From the NCBI GenBank assembly GCA_020536535.1, contig JAHLWZ010000963.1:1-37549 (forward strand): a DNA stretch of 37,549 bases, read 5' to 3'. The notes under the pieces were generated by a model, which was given only the letters and a program-made list of their open reading frames with translations, was not told the origin of the DNA and searched no databases. Shown here piece by piece: positions 24,210 to 37,310 of the stretch. The first letter of the stretch is position 1, and every line of letters begins with the position of its first letter. Position numbers and translations under genes: made by a program. This stretch comes from Pelomyxa schiedti (taxonomy: Eukaryota > Protista > Evosea).

Positions 24210-27200
24210 TCAATCGATGAGAGGGTTGTTACTGACTGTGCTCTGTGTTGTTGATGTTGCAGTGGGCAAGGTGGGGTCATTTTCATCCACAGGCGTGATT
24301 ATGGGCCTGGTGCGTAGCGAGGACCGACTTGTATCTGGTCGTAATTGGGCCTCAAGGGCACTTTTTGCAAGTGACCGTCTGTGCCAGGGCAGATCGGCGA
24401 GGAGGTTGTCTGCTTCTTTAAGGGGAACCCATTGTCCTTTGGTGGAAGCGGTATTGTGGGATTCAGGGGGTTGCGGCTGTGCACTGTATTGGGAGAGAGT
24501 TAGGAGAAAAAAAAAATTTTTTTTTTTTGTTTGTTTGGTTGGTTTTTTTACTTACTTGAGAGTCCGGTGTGATAATGACACCTCGGGTTTGGCTAATGGT
24601 AATTAACACAGACATTGAGATCGGGAGACTTACCGGTTGGGGATTTCAAGAAATCGGAGGAAAGACTTTGGAATTGGGTGAATTTGTGTGAAGCAAGGGA
24701 GAGCATAAGAGCATTATGCTTAGAATTATGCTTTGTCTCCACATTATGTGCAAGCTCATGGCAGAAGGTTAAATACCAAAACACACTTGGTTGAAGAGCT
24801 TCCTGTCCTCCAGTAGCTAGCTTGGCCTGCAGGAATGTTAAAAGAAAACTTGTGGTGGAAAGTTTACATTGTGGTGGAGAATTTGGAAAAATTCCACATT
24901 GAAAAAAAGGCTTCCTCTCCAGTTGAATGCAAGATTGTCGCTTGCCTCCAGAAAGAGATGTACCCTGCTATCACCACCAAGGGGAGTGCCTACAATGCTG
25001 CGGGAGATCATATCCAGTAAAGACCAGAATAGCTTCAGGCCAGTTATGTTTTTAGCAATATCCTCCTGGAGAGCAGAAGGCGGAACCCACAGGGAAGTGC
25101 CGCCAACACTCCCAACCTTAACGAGTTCTGTATTCATTGAGTGGATTTGGGTATCAATAGTAAGGCTTACCAACACCAGGATCTCTCTCTACACATGCAT
25201 GCATACACAGCTCTTCAGAAACTTTGGTATTTCCCATTTTTCCTCCCTTTTTTTTTTCAGTACCAAGTAAATAACTGGTTCAAAAATGTTTACACACCAC
25301 ATGACATGCAATTGCCTCGTCAGTAGCACTTTGAAGTAAGTCCAAAATTGTGCTACCTTTCACTTGTTCTTGTTCTCCTTCACTGTGTTAATGAAATAGG
25401 AGTTCAGATAAGCTACCTGTATTTATTGGGATGTCGTCGTCCTGGGTTTCATACCCCTCTCCATAATCATAGTCGTTAACAGGCTTTTCCCCATGGAAAT
25501 AACTCGTAGCTTCTGGTAATTGGCCAGGGTCACCCATAGACTGATCGTTTGGCATTGAGGAAAACGTTGTGCCATCTTGTGGTAGAAATTCTTTTCCTGC
25601 AGAAGGCTCCCTAAAAGTTTCTACAGTGGAGGTTTCATTTAATGTAGGAGGAACCACCGACGGAGGAAATGCGCTCATAGCCTCTGCACTTACGTCTAAG
25701 ATAGAAGCCAAGAGGGCTGGGGAATCAATGGACTCCGATGCTCCCGGGCTCGCAGGCAACTCACTTTGTGGAGCCGTGAGAGTGATTGGTGGCACCGTTT
25801 CGGTTGGACTAGATTCTACTGTTGATGTTAACGGCGGCATTACAGGCGGGCATATTGGTTCAGTATTAGTGCCAGCAGATGGTGGGAGTGTATCATTATC
25901 TACCGTAGATGTTGGCTCCAACGGTTCTGTTTTTGTGGCTGCCGGTTCGGCGTTGGTCTTGATTTCAGGCAGTTCATTTACCTCGGTTGTCTCTTTTGGG
26001 CTCATGAGTGGCTCCACTGCACATAATGAGCCTTCTTCAGCTTCAGGTGCCTGAATTGGTTCAGTACAAGTCGCAGTCGGTTCAACAAAAGTTGCAGACG
26101 TTTCAGCAGAGGAGTTATCTATGAGTGAGTCAATTTGCGCAGACAGAGCCATGTCAGATGTTGTTTTTGCAGTCTCTGGTTCTTCTGTAGTAATAAGTAC
26201 TTGCTGATCAAGGGGTTGAATAGTTGCGATGGAATCACTGAGATTGATTGGAGGCATGGCGCAGTGCTCAGAGAGTGAATTTAAATCTCTTGCCAGTTCT
26301 GGTTCCAGTGGTTCCAGTGGTTTTTCCTCCTCTAAGATCACTTCCTGAACTGTGGTGATAGACTGAACAGGTTCCGCTGTTATGTTGGACGGTGCCTGCG
26401 TTGTTTTCACTGTTTCCTCTGCTGTGGCAATGACAGGTTCAGAGATGACTTGCTCCGTTGATTCAGTTGCAGAAACTTCAGCAGGTACTTCTGCAGTCAC
26501 CTCAGAGTCTTGCTGTTCACCTCGCTCTACTGATGTGTTCAACACATCTTGGATTGCATCCCTTGAAACTGTTGGTGGCATTTGCTCAAGTGGATATTCT
26601 TCTTGCAACGAGGTTTGTTCTGTACTTTCTGTTGTTTCAGATACTGGAAGGATGGAAGTACCCACAGAGGGTTCCATTTTCTCAGAATCTGCCGTAATTT
26701 CAGGGAAACTACTTGTTGCATTTGCTTCAGGTTCTGAAAGGATTTCACATTGGGTAGTGTCTGTACTAGCATCAGGGGGGGTGATGTGGGGAGAAGGCTC
26801 CCCAGTTCCATCTTCAGCTTCTAAAGGAACCTCAGGGAGTTTACATTCCGTGGGAAGATTTGGTGATTCCAATACAGGACTTTCTGTTAGTGTAACGGTG
26901 TCAACTGGAGTTACAGAGCAAGTGTCAGTGGGCTTCTCAGGCGCTGCATTTGTGTCATCCTTGCCATCAAGTGTCAACTGTTCGATGGAACTGTCGAGAG
27001 TGGAATGTGGAGGGCATACAATTTCAGATGTAGATAGCTCTGTTGTGGTGCCACATTCCAGGGTTGTGGAACTCGACTCTGGTATTAAACTTTCTGCCAA
27101 TGGCTCTGTCTCGTCAGCAGTTGGGAAGGCAGTTTCACATGCAGTTCGTAACCCTGGTTGTTCTTGGAGGACTGTTTGTTCAGTAAGGTCAATGTTCGTT

Positions 27201-30200
27201 GGTGGTGCTTCTGTGAGATGTTCAAGTGCCTTTTCTGTCTCCCCGCCATTGAGACTGGGCGAGGAAGTCAATGGACAAGGTTCACTAGGTTCACTGGCAT
27301 CAGAGATGATACATGCCGGTTGTTCATCAGACACTGCACTGGTATCTGTAGACACCAATTCTGCACACTCAACATTGACAGCTTCGTCGGGGGTACCAAA
27401 ACAAGTTTCTTTAGTCTCCGTTGAAGGAGCAGTTTCATAAGTAATTGTTTCAGGTTCATTGGGTCCAAGCGGAGCAATGGGTTCCACTACAGTTTGAGGA
27501 GTGATTGCACTTTCAATTTCGGAGTCAATCGTATCACAAGAAGGTATCTCCTTCAATTCCGTCGTGTCCAAGGAGGTTTCTGTACTGATTACCTGGTCTG
27601 AGAGCGGGGGGTGGTCAACTTCATATTCCGATATTTCGTCACGCAGTTCGTCACTGTCAATGGGGTCTGTTTTCATGGAGTCGGAAATACAGGTTTGAGG
27701 GACCTCCGTAACAGCTTCTTGGGTAGAAGTTTCTACCTCCTTCATTCCACTAACATATGATTGGGTACTGTCTGTGTCTACTGGAGTCCCATTGGGCTGT
27801 GGACACACAAGAGAGTCAGGTATGTCCGGGTCCCTTGGAGTATGACTTAATTCATCATCTGAAAGTTTGCCTTCGAGAATTGTACAGTTGCTGTCAGTCT
27901 GAGTGTTTGATGTTTCTTGAGGTTCCTCAGCATCTTGGGCTTCAAGGAGTTGGTGGTCGGGTGATTTTGGAGAGGATGACTCTTGACTTGGAAGGATAAC
28001 CTCTGACTGGACCATTTCCATGGCTTGTGTTTCATCTACTACCACCTGATCTTGTACATTTTCCTCTGTAATGATTTCATGAGAGTCCGATTCTTGAGGC
28101 TCAAGGCACGGAGTCTCTCTGGGAGACTCAGAGCGGTTTTCTGTGGGCACTACTTCCATTGTAGGAGTCACTGTTTCTTTGCTCTCAACAGGTGTGTTGA
28201 TACTACTTAGCTCGGAGTTAACGAGAGCGAGTACTTGGGTGGATAGGGCCTTGGGAGCAACATGCTCTGGTGTAACTAACCTAGGAACCTGGCAGAGCAT
28301 TAGTTTTCACTGTAGACACTGCTCACTTGAACACACTTTTAGACGATCCAGCATTGTTTGCATGGACTCGGGCTCAGACTGCAACAGGGATTGAATTGGC
28401 CCTGTATCCTCAAATTGGTTGCTAAGGAACACTACCTTGATTGTGCGAGCAATAATTTGCAAATATATGGACCATGGAAATTGGTCCTCCCCCCTGTGGG
28501 TAATGAGGCACGTTGAAGAGATAATAGGCTACCGTGCAAGATACAAGCAGTTCTCTGAAGAAGAAAAAAAGTCACAACTCCCAGTTGCTAGTGCACAATT
28601 AGAACTAGACGGTAAAACAACAAATACATTGAATGCTCCGAAACGTAATATCACGACCATTGAGCAGTAAAATGGTTGGCAGTGCATGTGCAATTTTAAT
28701 TTTAAATTCGGATATGTCCGGCACCTCTGGCTGGGCAGATTTGGCCTCCTTGATATATCAAAAAAGGGAAGGAAAACGGAGCCGATACAGTTGAACGGAA
28801 CTGGGTTACTCTAAGTCTTTCTAATGAGTCTTTGAACTCAACAGAGTGAATTCTTCCCAACCAAATATCACATTGCACAGAGGCTGGACTGAAAAAAAAA
28901 AAAAAAGAAGAAGAAGAATAAGCCACAGGTACATCATTGATTAAAAGTGGAAGGTACCAATCATTGCTAACTTGAATAGAACCTTCATGCACCGACTCTA
29001 CAACAACTTCACTCAAACGAGGACAACCTAACTTTCTGGCGACTGCTTCGTGTTCCTTTGATACATATTTGAGGGTACCTGGCTCGATTTTTGGGATAAG
29101 CCAGGGGGCATCTGGGATGTAGCACTCAGATGCCAGACAGAGAGTATTGTCCTACCAAATTAAAACCACTCAGCCAAAAAAAAAATGTAAGTTGGGAGTC
29201 TGTACCTCAGCTAGCATTAAAGGTGGGGTGTGATGCACTTTTTCCACTGCAAGTTTCTTCAGTGCTGTCATGACTCGCTTTTTCATTTTCCTAATGGATG
29301 TTCAAATTTTAGATACTCAAGACGTAACTCACTTAGGCAAAGGATCACCATTGAGAACTTTGGATAGATGAGTCAGGCCTTCAGAAAGTTGGAAATCAGA
29401 TGGTTCGTCTGCAATGTCTCCAAGTGCAACAAGTAGTGGTTCGTACAGTTTAGATTCAAAAGGAAGCTCGTAAACGAAAGGGGGACATTCAGAGTTACGA
29501 CATAACTATGAAGTTACATAATTTGTTTTTGATTGTTCTAAGTTGGTAAAAGAATATGAAAATTTGAAACCATCGAAGGAGAGGCTAGTTCGAGTTGTCC
29601 GCCAAGAGAGTAAAGAGGGATAAAACGAGACTCCTTGGAAAATACTTTACTGATAAGACCAGGATTCACACTGAACAAGTCAGAGAGAGAAAATTGTGGT
29701 ACCCTGCTTACTCATTAATGTATTTCAGAGATGAATGAATCATGTGTGCAGCAGATTGGATATCAGGCATTGAGTGAAAATGTTCGACCAAACATTGCAA
29801 GTGCTGTAAAACTGAGTTGGCATCACATTTCCCAAAAAGTTGTTGTATGGCAGCCTGGTCTTCAGGAGAATATTTGGAACTGATACTGGGCCGCTGTGTT
29901 CCTGCAATACAAACATCGGCCCTATTTATCATCATTGACGGTTGGGCTAAGATGACTGGTGGCTTATATGAGAATTTTCCCAATTCTGGGAAGTCCTCTT
30001 GTTCACACAAAATAAAGGGACACTCGGAGAGTGTGTTACGAGCTTGCTTGTTACAAAGAAGGGGCCCAATAATAATGGATGTAGTATTTAGTACAAGACT
30101 GGTGAGCGTTTCGAGACATAGTTTAGAGTTTTGAAGTGAGGCAAGCCTGGCAGCACATTGAATTATGCCTTTGCTGTTTTAGTTCAACATTTGTAAGGAG

Positions 30201-33200
30201 AGTTGCTACCAGTTGCTGTAAGCTTTTCGACAGTATTCATCTGCATGAAAGAAAGGTGCTTGAGCATCCTTTCAGATAGGCTAGGGCTCGGAAAGAACTG
30301 ACTTGGGTACGGAAATAACTCTCGAAACAAGGGAGACTCGGGATCAAACAGTTCTGTGGCAGAGCGACTTGTTCCATCAGCGCCAGTAGGGATACACGGG
30401 ATGGCGGATATTATTGTGCATATCGAGGGCGGAATATCATAAGTCTCCACCACAGCAAGCAACATGTCCTGAACCTAGAAGGACACTGAGGAAAGGGAAT
30501 AATATGCGAATAACACACTTGGTCCTTAGAAATCGCAGTCAGGTTGTCGATTACGATTTGTAAAGATGGAGACTTGGGCAAAGATGCAGTGAAGTGGCCA
30601 TGGACTTTGTGCAACAAGAAAGGCAGAACCACTTCCACAAATTCTGAAAAGCTGAGACTCTTTACACCCATGTTGTGGAGAAGCTGCTCATGAGTTGGGG
30701 AAGTTGCTTCCAGTAAAGTGAGTCTGTGAAGAACGGCTACCACAGCGGGATTTCGGAACTTAGGCTCAGCTATGAATGTCAGCTCAGGTTTCAGGATTGA
30801 GACATGTGTTTGTTTGACGTTTTTCCACAAGGGGAGTTTGCATAATGCTGACACTTGGGGTGGTGTCAAAGCATTGTCTGGTTGGAAATGCTCAATGATA
30901 AATTCCACAAGAACATCTCGTTTCTCAGCATTCAAAGTTTTGATTGGGGCATCTTTCAGAATCTGCAGAAAGATGGACAAGTAATTTTCCGAAGAATTTG
31001 CATGTGCATGTGGTGAAAAACTCAGTAACGGAGAAACAGCTGAGGTACAGTGTACGCCGACACTATCATCAAAAACAAGGCAGTTCAATTCCAGTAGGAG
31101 TTCAAGAAACTTGTCGGAAAATAAGTTCATGGGCCAGATGACCTGAGAGACATGGGCAAGAGGTGCAAGAAAATTGTTATATGTTGGTATGAGTGGAATG
31201 GCTCCAAAAAGTGAGTTGAGTTGTTGTTCTCTTGCAGATTCGGACGAAGTTCCTAGCTCAGCCTGTGAGAGAAGGCCCATTGATATAATGTTTTTCCAGA
31301 CCCAATCAATAAACTGTGGGGTTATAACTTTGGAGTTCCAGCGCACAGGTGCTGTGGAAGTTCCAAGTTTGCTTTTTATCATTGATGAAAAAACTTCTGG
31401 TGTCAGTAACTTTTTGAGGGAGAGGGCAGGCATCAGTGTGTTATTTGTAAATAGACCCTGACAATTTTTTGTTGCCTAAATGCATAATTAGGAAACAGAG
31501 TCTTGCAAGAAGAATACTTGTTTTGGGTGAAGAAGTTCATTAGAATGTCCGAGTGCAGACGCTTCTTCTGTAGTTGCTACAACAAGAGCCTGTTTTCCTA
31601 CTCGCACAAGCTGGGAAATGCTTATAAGAAAGTCAGTAGTAGTAATGCACAGTACATCAAGAAACAGCACTCGATTCATTATGACATACACGTTTTGAGG
31701 CAGTAACAAAAACAGGAAGGTCGTAAAACTCCTGAGAGATCTCATCTGGTTGCGACTGATTGAGGTCTTTCATAATGTAATCAATAAGAAATCTATCAAC
31801 CAAATAGGAATAACGAGGAGAGAAGGACAGGGTGTTTGTCTTAGTATCGAACCTTGAAAGTTGGGAGATACCCGTTTTGCAATGCGTCCTCCATTAGTAC
31901 AGATTTCAGCTCTTCAGTCAACCAACAATGTTTGAGAGTATTTCGTATGAGTTTCGGTGACAACAAATTCTTCTCTTGGGTAATAAGATGGGAAAGAGGG
32001 GAATGGCACTGGATTGCTGTTGTAACGCACTCGCTGCCATTTAAAATATGCAGCTGCAGGCAGGAAGAAACTACATTGCGAAGAAGAGTCATCATTGATG
32101 CGCTATTAACTTGCAGAGATGTCTCAGAACTTGAAGTGTTGGTTAGGTCAATCTACTTATGGACATCTTTGCTTTTCAAACCTAAGGAAGCACCCTTGAG
32201 AAGCAGAAACCCACCTTCTTCCACTGGGGAATAGCGTGGGAGGTTCTGTTGAAGACCAACACAGATCATAGAATTTGTATAGAAAGTCTTTATGCAACGT
32301 GTCTGCTGTTGGGAGGAGCTGGTATATTTTGTCTTTGAAAGTGTCTCGAAGATCTAAAAGCATTTTAATTGCCAGAGGCGCGGCCTGGAAAGAGTAAGAA
32401 TGCCAAAGGTGAATTGGGACAACCATTTCTGTAAGGAGCGTTTTATTCCAAATAATTTTTTTGTCAAAGTTGCCAGAATGAGATTCCAGTGCAATAGACC
32501 GCCTGTCACTAGTCATGCAGAAGAACCCGTTTATATGGAAAGGTAAATTCAAGCTTATGGGTAATGGTAAAGTGCAGAATATCTTAGGTGGTGTAAGGGA
32601 AGGAAACAAAGTAACAGATGTTGAAATGTCACATCTGTTAGAAATACCTTGCCAGAGTATTGAGATGTTGGATCAGTTTGAAGGGCAATTCCAACAAGGG
32701 GTTTCAGTGAAAGGTCATCTTGACGCAAAATATTGGCTTTTCCTCCAAGCAGTTGATAAATTGCCCAATTTTCAGAGGATTTGAAGCCTTTTTTTTTTTT
32801 TTTGAGTTCCGACTAACAAAAAAGAGATGTACCATTTCTGTCTATGTTCACCTTGGTAGTACATTTGATCAGAATTTCTGTGTTCAGTGGTTGCATTTCA
32901 GGCAGGGAAACGAGCTTCTCTTTCAGTTCTTGGCGGCAAGCAAGCAAAGGATCATCTGCCTGTAACGAGACCGAAAGCCATGGGAATTGAATAGAACTCT
33001 CTGGCAGATATAACTTTATGGTTTTTACACTTCGAAGGAAGAGGAGAGCATTTGCAGGAGTTTTCTTGTGGAGGAGACTGTTTAGCAAAACTAGAGACAA
33101 TTGGGGAGCTCACTGCAAATTCATTGAAAAGTGAACGTATTTCAGATGGTTGAATTTCGGCCTTTTTGATGATACTGTTTGAAACGAGAGCCAGAGGGCG

Positions 33201-34650
33201 TAAGGGAAATCTAAAAAGCGTTCCAGGGTAAAACATAGGCTTCCCAGGTGATATGTCGGCAAAAATGTCCCCAAAAACATTGAACATTTTAAACTGTTCA
33301 GGCCTCTGTTTGCATTTATATTGTTTTACTTAGAAACTCCATTTTGGAGGCAGAAATGAAAATGTGGGGGTAACCTCTCTGGCCATTGACAATGGAATAA
33401 TAGCTCCACGCCGGGGCGGATCCACATAAAGTCCATGTGGATCCGAGAAAACTATATTTCCACCACTTATCCAGCAGGGTACATCAGTTATGTGGTACAC
33501 TGAGTTGAACCCTTGCCCATATCTTCCCGTTTTGGTTAGGTCATGTTGTTTACCTTGAATTATTTTCTGAGCTTGAGGTGGAAAAATACAACAACACACC
33601 CATTGAGGCAATCCCTGTTCACAAAAGGAGAGAAAGGGAAAAAGTGGATGAGTTGCATGTGTGTGTGGTAATCATTAATATACTTGAGATATTCTCGTAA
33701 TCCTGAGGGGTAAAAACAGCATCATTGTAGGCATACAATGCAGGCCCAGACCAGGGTTTCATGTGTGAAACAGAGGGAAAACCTGACGACTCAGGGAGGG
33801 TGCATGTAAAGGTATTTGTATCCAACAAGAATCTATCAGGCGAAAATCAATAATAAAAAAGCAATACCACACCAATAGTCAAAACAATCATAAATAAGCA
33901 CAACAAAACACCTTACACGCTACTAAAAATGGCACCCAGTCCCACAATCCCAACACCGCCCGCCGCGCGACTCCCTACTAACCTAACTTCTCGGGCACCG
34001 GCGTCATCAGCGTTCTGCAGGAGCTCCAGCAGGATCCCAACGTCGCCGCTGTAATTGTTGACAATTGTCCTCAACGTGTCCAGCACGTGGGAAGTCTGCT
34101 CGAACCTCTCCCGGTCGTACAGCAGCCCCACGCGGCCGCCGTAGCCGTGGCCCCCCCCGGGGCCGTAGCCGTAGCCCGAGGACGAGGCGGTGGAGGAGGA
34201 CGAGGCCAGGGCGCGGGACTTGGCGGGCTCGGGGCTGGCGCTGGCCCGCGCGCGGGTGGGGGCGCTGGGGCTGCCGGGGGCGCCGCCGGTGCAGAAGGAG
34301 CTGCTGCGGCCCGAGTAGGACGAGGGCGGGGACGAGGACTGCAAGGAGGGGGAGGAGGCCGAGGCCTGCTCGGCGGCGGAGGAGGAGAGGGAGGCGCAGG
34401 ACGGGGTCGGGGAGGCGCTGCCCCGCAGGCTGCTGAACACCGTGCGCCGCCGCGAGAGCAGCGACGGCGGAGGGGAGGAAGGAGAAGAAGGGGAGCCGGA
34501 GGCCGCGGGGGACGCGGACGGCGTCGCGGCGGGCATGGGAGGAGGGAGGGGTTCCTGGACGGTAGTGGTGTTGCTGAGGACGTACTGCCTGCTGACTTCG
34601 CTGTTGCTGCGGGCCAGGGAGCCCAGCCCAACGTGGTTGCTGCTGGTCAT
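24210..34650 (-). CDS. Giant sacsin-like GHKL/HSP90-type ATPase with 2.9-kb acidic insertion and C-terminal HExxH motif
   Basis: ATG at 34650 opens a Ser-rich, GC-rich exon. Sacsin motifs: LRTIVNNYSGDVGILLELLQNADDAGAREV, GPALYAYNDAVFTPQDY, TGRYGQGFNSVYHITDVP, GTLFRFPLR, LPFHINGFFCMTSDRRSI, IPDAPWL...ARKLGCPRLSEVV. An internal acidic exon spans ~25455-28290. Downstream exons carry NLAFNWRGSLFFN and WYLTFCHELAHNVETKH. The final exon ends ...NNPLID* (TGA at 24210-24212). Confidence 0.82.
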
Positions 34651-34830
34651 TTTTTTTTTTGTGTGTGTTCGAGATGGAAAAAGGAGAATTAGGCGAATTC
34701 ATCATCCGAGGAAATCAACGGTGATTGCCTCCTGAAAAGTCGTAAAATTTGGGACTGAGACTCTGGGAGGGCGCGAGGTGCCATGGCGTAAATTTTTTGT
34801 TTTGTGCGGACGGTGGTTGTTTATCTAGGC
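34651..34830. promoter_or_regulatory. Putative bidirectional promoter (sacsin-like / membrane protein)
   Basis: 180 bp between divergent ATGs at 34650 (-) and 34831 (+). Confidence 0.45.
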
Positions 34831-37251
34831 ATGTGCGGTTGTTGTGGGCAGGCCAGGATCTTGTTCATCTTGTTTGCTTTTGTCTATTCCGTGTGGTGCG
34901 TTTCCGTAGCTGGCGTGCCTGAAAACGCTGTTCAAAGTGGACCTTGCGACGAGGCTGTTGCTGTTGATTTTACGCGGTTTGGTGATGGCGAATTCTACTC
35001 GTACAGTGGCGAAGTTGGATCTCCTCGAGGCACCCCTGTTCTCCTTCATCTTTTAATTACCAGTGCGAACCACTTCAATGCAGGCGCATTGTTTGTTGTG
35101 ATGGGACAAGGGATACAAATGCGAGCGGAAACGTGCATTCCCGAAGGCGCCTTCGGCGTGGACACTGTCATTGATGTGTACAAGGGATGCCCAACTTCAT
35201 TTGATACTGCGAAGAAAAGTTCGAACTTGGCAATCATGGTTCGACAACCGAGATTGTCACTGCATTTAATGCCCGACCGCAGAATGATGATGCATGTGGA
35301 CTCCAATCAATTGTCGTGTGGTTTGCAGAGGCCAGAAGAGAGTACTTTCTTCTAGTGCACAGTTTCCGGCAAGAGCGCGGCCCTTTCACATTTAAGCTGG
35401 GTTATGGTATCCTTTGTATCTGGTGACTCAGTCATTTCACCTCCCGCATAGCCGAAGTTCAGCCTCACTGGTCATGTGACACTGCGTTTGCCATCAACTT
35501 TCTGCCCTTTGTTGACACTGGGACCACCAGCTTCACACCACCAAGTTCAAGTGACTGCTCCGCTATTGCCTACCATGGTATCTGATTAGAAAGATATCAC
35601 TTTAACCTTCTGCCAGCCCTGTGGTACAAAATTGAAGGAAATGGGGAGGAAGTACTTGCAACAACGTGTGGCCAAGGCAATTTTGACACAGTTCTTGGTA
35701 CGAAGATACGGCTCGATGGATTAGTAATTGAACTTTCCAGAGGTCTACTCTGCATGCAGCAATAATTACGCTACCAGCTGTGTCACTCAGAATGATGACT
35801 TCTGTGGCACTCAGTCACTTGTTGAGTACAAGCTTCAACGCAAATTTGTTTTACACTTAAACAGGTTTCCTTTCGCACATCACCTGGGAAATTCTATTAT
35901 GTTCTTGTTGGTGGATATAGTAACGACATTCTTGGTGGCAATTTCACCTTCGCAATGGATTATGGTATGAAGACCACAATTTCACTGTTATTGAGGCATG
36001 GTTTCAGTTCGGAATATGCAAAATGACATTTGTTGGACATCAGAAAACATTTCTCTTCCCTACAAGTCCTCTCAAAGTACTGTATCATGTGGTTATAATC
36101 CTCCTGGGAAGTGTTCACATTCGTCAACTCTAGTTAGAGGTAGACAGATTAAGCCTGCCAAACGCCTGCTAACCAAAATAAAGGCAGGTGGTTCACATTT
36201 ATTACTGGGAAATATCAGCAGCTGATAACAATAGTTTCCAGTAGCACAGAATTTAGTCCTGAGATTGAAGTATACTCAAGCTGCTCCCTGTGGAGTTGCG
36301 TGGAAAAGAGGTAGTGTCTCAGGGTTTCCATAATTCTCAAACCGCCTAGTATCACTGAGAAGCTGACATTTACGGCAGAAGAAAACAGGCAGTATTACTT
36401 GTTTATTTCGGGCTTGGATTCAGCCGGCGTTTTTGAATTACAAGTATTCCTTGGTAGGAGCAAGGGGAAAACAATCTTGGTATAACATTCCATTCAGAAA
36501 ACGGAACTTTGTCTAGTCAATGTGACTCGCCATCTGAAATACATGAGATACCTTTTGTGTATGAAGGATCTACAAAATTCTCCACATTTTCTCCAAGTGG
36601 GTTTGGGAATCAAGAAAAACAAGGTTTCCTAAGTTTGTCTTTCTTAAAGCACTAATCAACCTAGGCATGTGGTTTAGTATTGTCGGGACTGGTGCCAACC
36701 TATCTGCTCATACATGCAGCAGTCACACGAACTTTGATACTGTACTTGAACTTCATACCTCCTGCCCTGATGGGCTTACCGGAAATTCACTGATGGCAAT
36801 GAATGACGACCATATTGATAGTGATGGTTGCTCTCATGGCCGCGGTACCTCCAGGATATCATGGAAGACTGAAAAAGGGCAACTCTACTATATATTCCTC
36901 ACAGGTTTACCCAATTGAATGTTATTGCCTTCTCATGGCCACTAGGTTTTGGCACGGATTCAGGTGTATTTGTTCTAGTAGTTGGCACAGAATGTATGCC
37001 CTGTCCCTTCTCCCGTCTTCTTTCTGGTCTAATCCACTTCAGTGACAGGCAACCTTTCATCCAATGGGAAAGAGGGCACAGATACCCACACAAGACTTGT
37101 TCCAGCTAGTCTTGTTGTTTTCTGCTTTGTGTTGCTAGTCTCTCTCCTTCTCACCATGACTGCACTTTTCCTCTGTGGAATGACATCGTGGAGAAGAGTT
37201 ATAACCACACACAACGCCACTCCTTTCGACTACATCGAACTCCCAGAATAG
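34831..37251 (+). CDS. Type I membrane protein with ~4 Cys-containing bacterial-style (PPC-like) extracellular repeats
   Basis: Signal peptide (ILFILFAFVYSVWCVSVAG). Repeats: VDTVIDVYKGCP; LWYKIEGNGEEVLATTCGQGNFDTVL|EVYSAC...CVTQNDDFCGTQS; MWFSIVGTGANLSAHTCSSHTNFDTVLELHTSC...MNDD...GQLYYIFLTG. C-terminal TM helix LVVFCFVLLVSLLLTMTALFLCG and short tail ...DYIELPE*. Confidence 0.75.
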
Positions 37252-37310
37252 ACATCCAGCAGACACCCCACTACCTTCGCCCTGTGCCAATAAATGGCAT
37301 ATCTGGATCA

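Noticed and set aside
25569-27440. Long plus-strand Ser/Val/Gly-rich ORFs (161 and 352 aa)
   Set aside because: These are antisense shadows of the biased-composition acidic exon.
34007-34735. Multiple overlapping Pro/Arg/Gly-rich ORFs on both strands
   Set aside because: These are GC-rich shadows. Only the minus frame starting at 34650 leads into the sacsin ELLQNADD motif.
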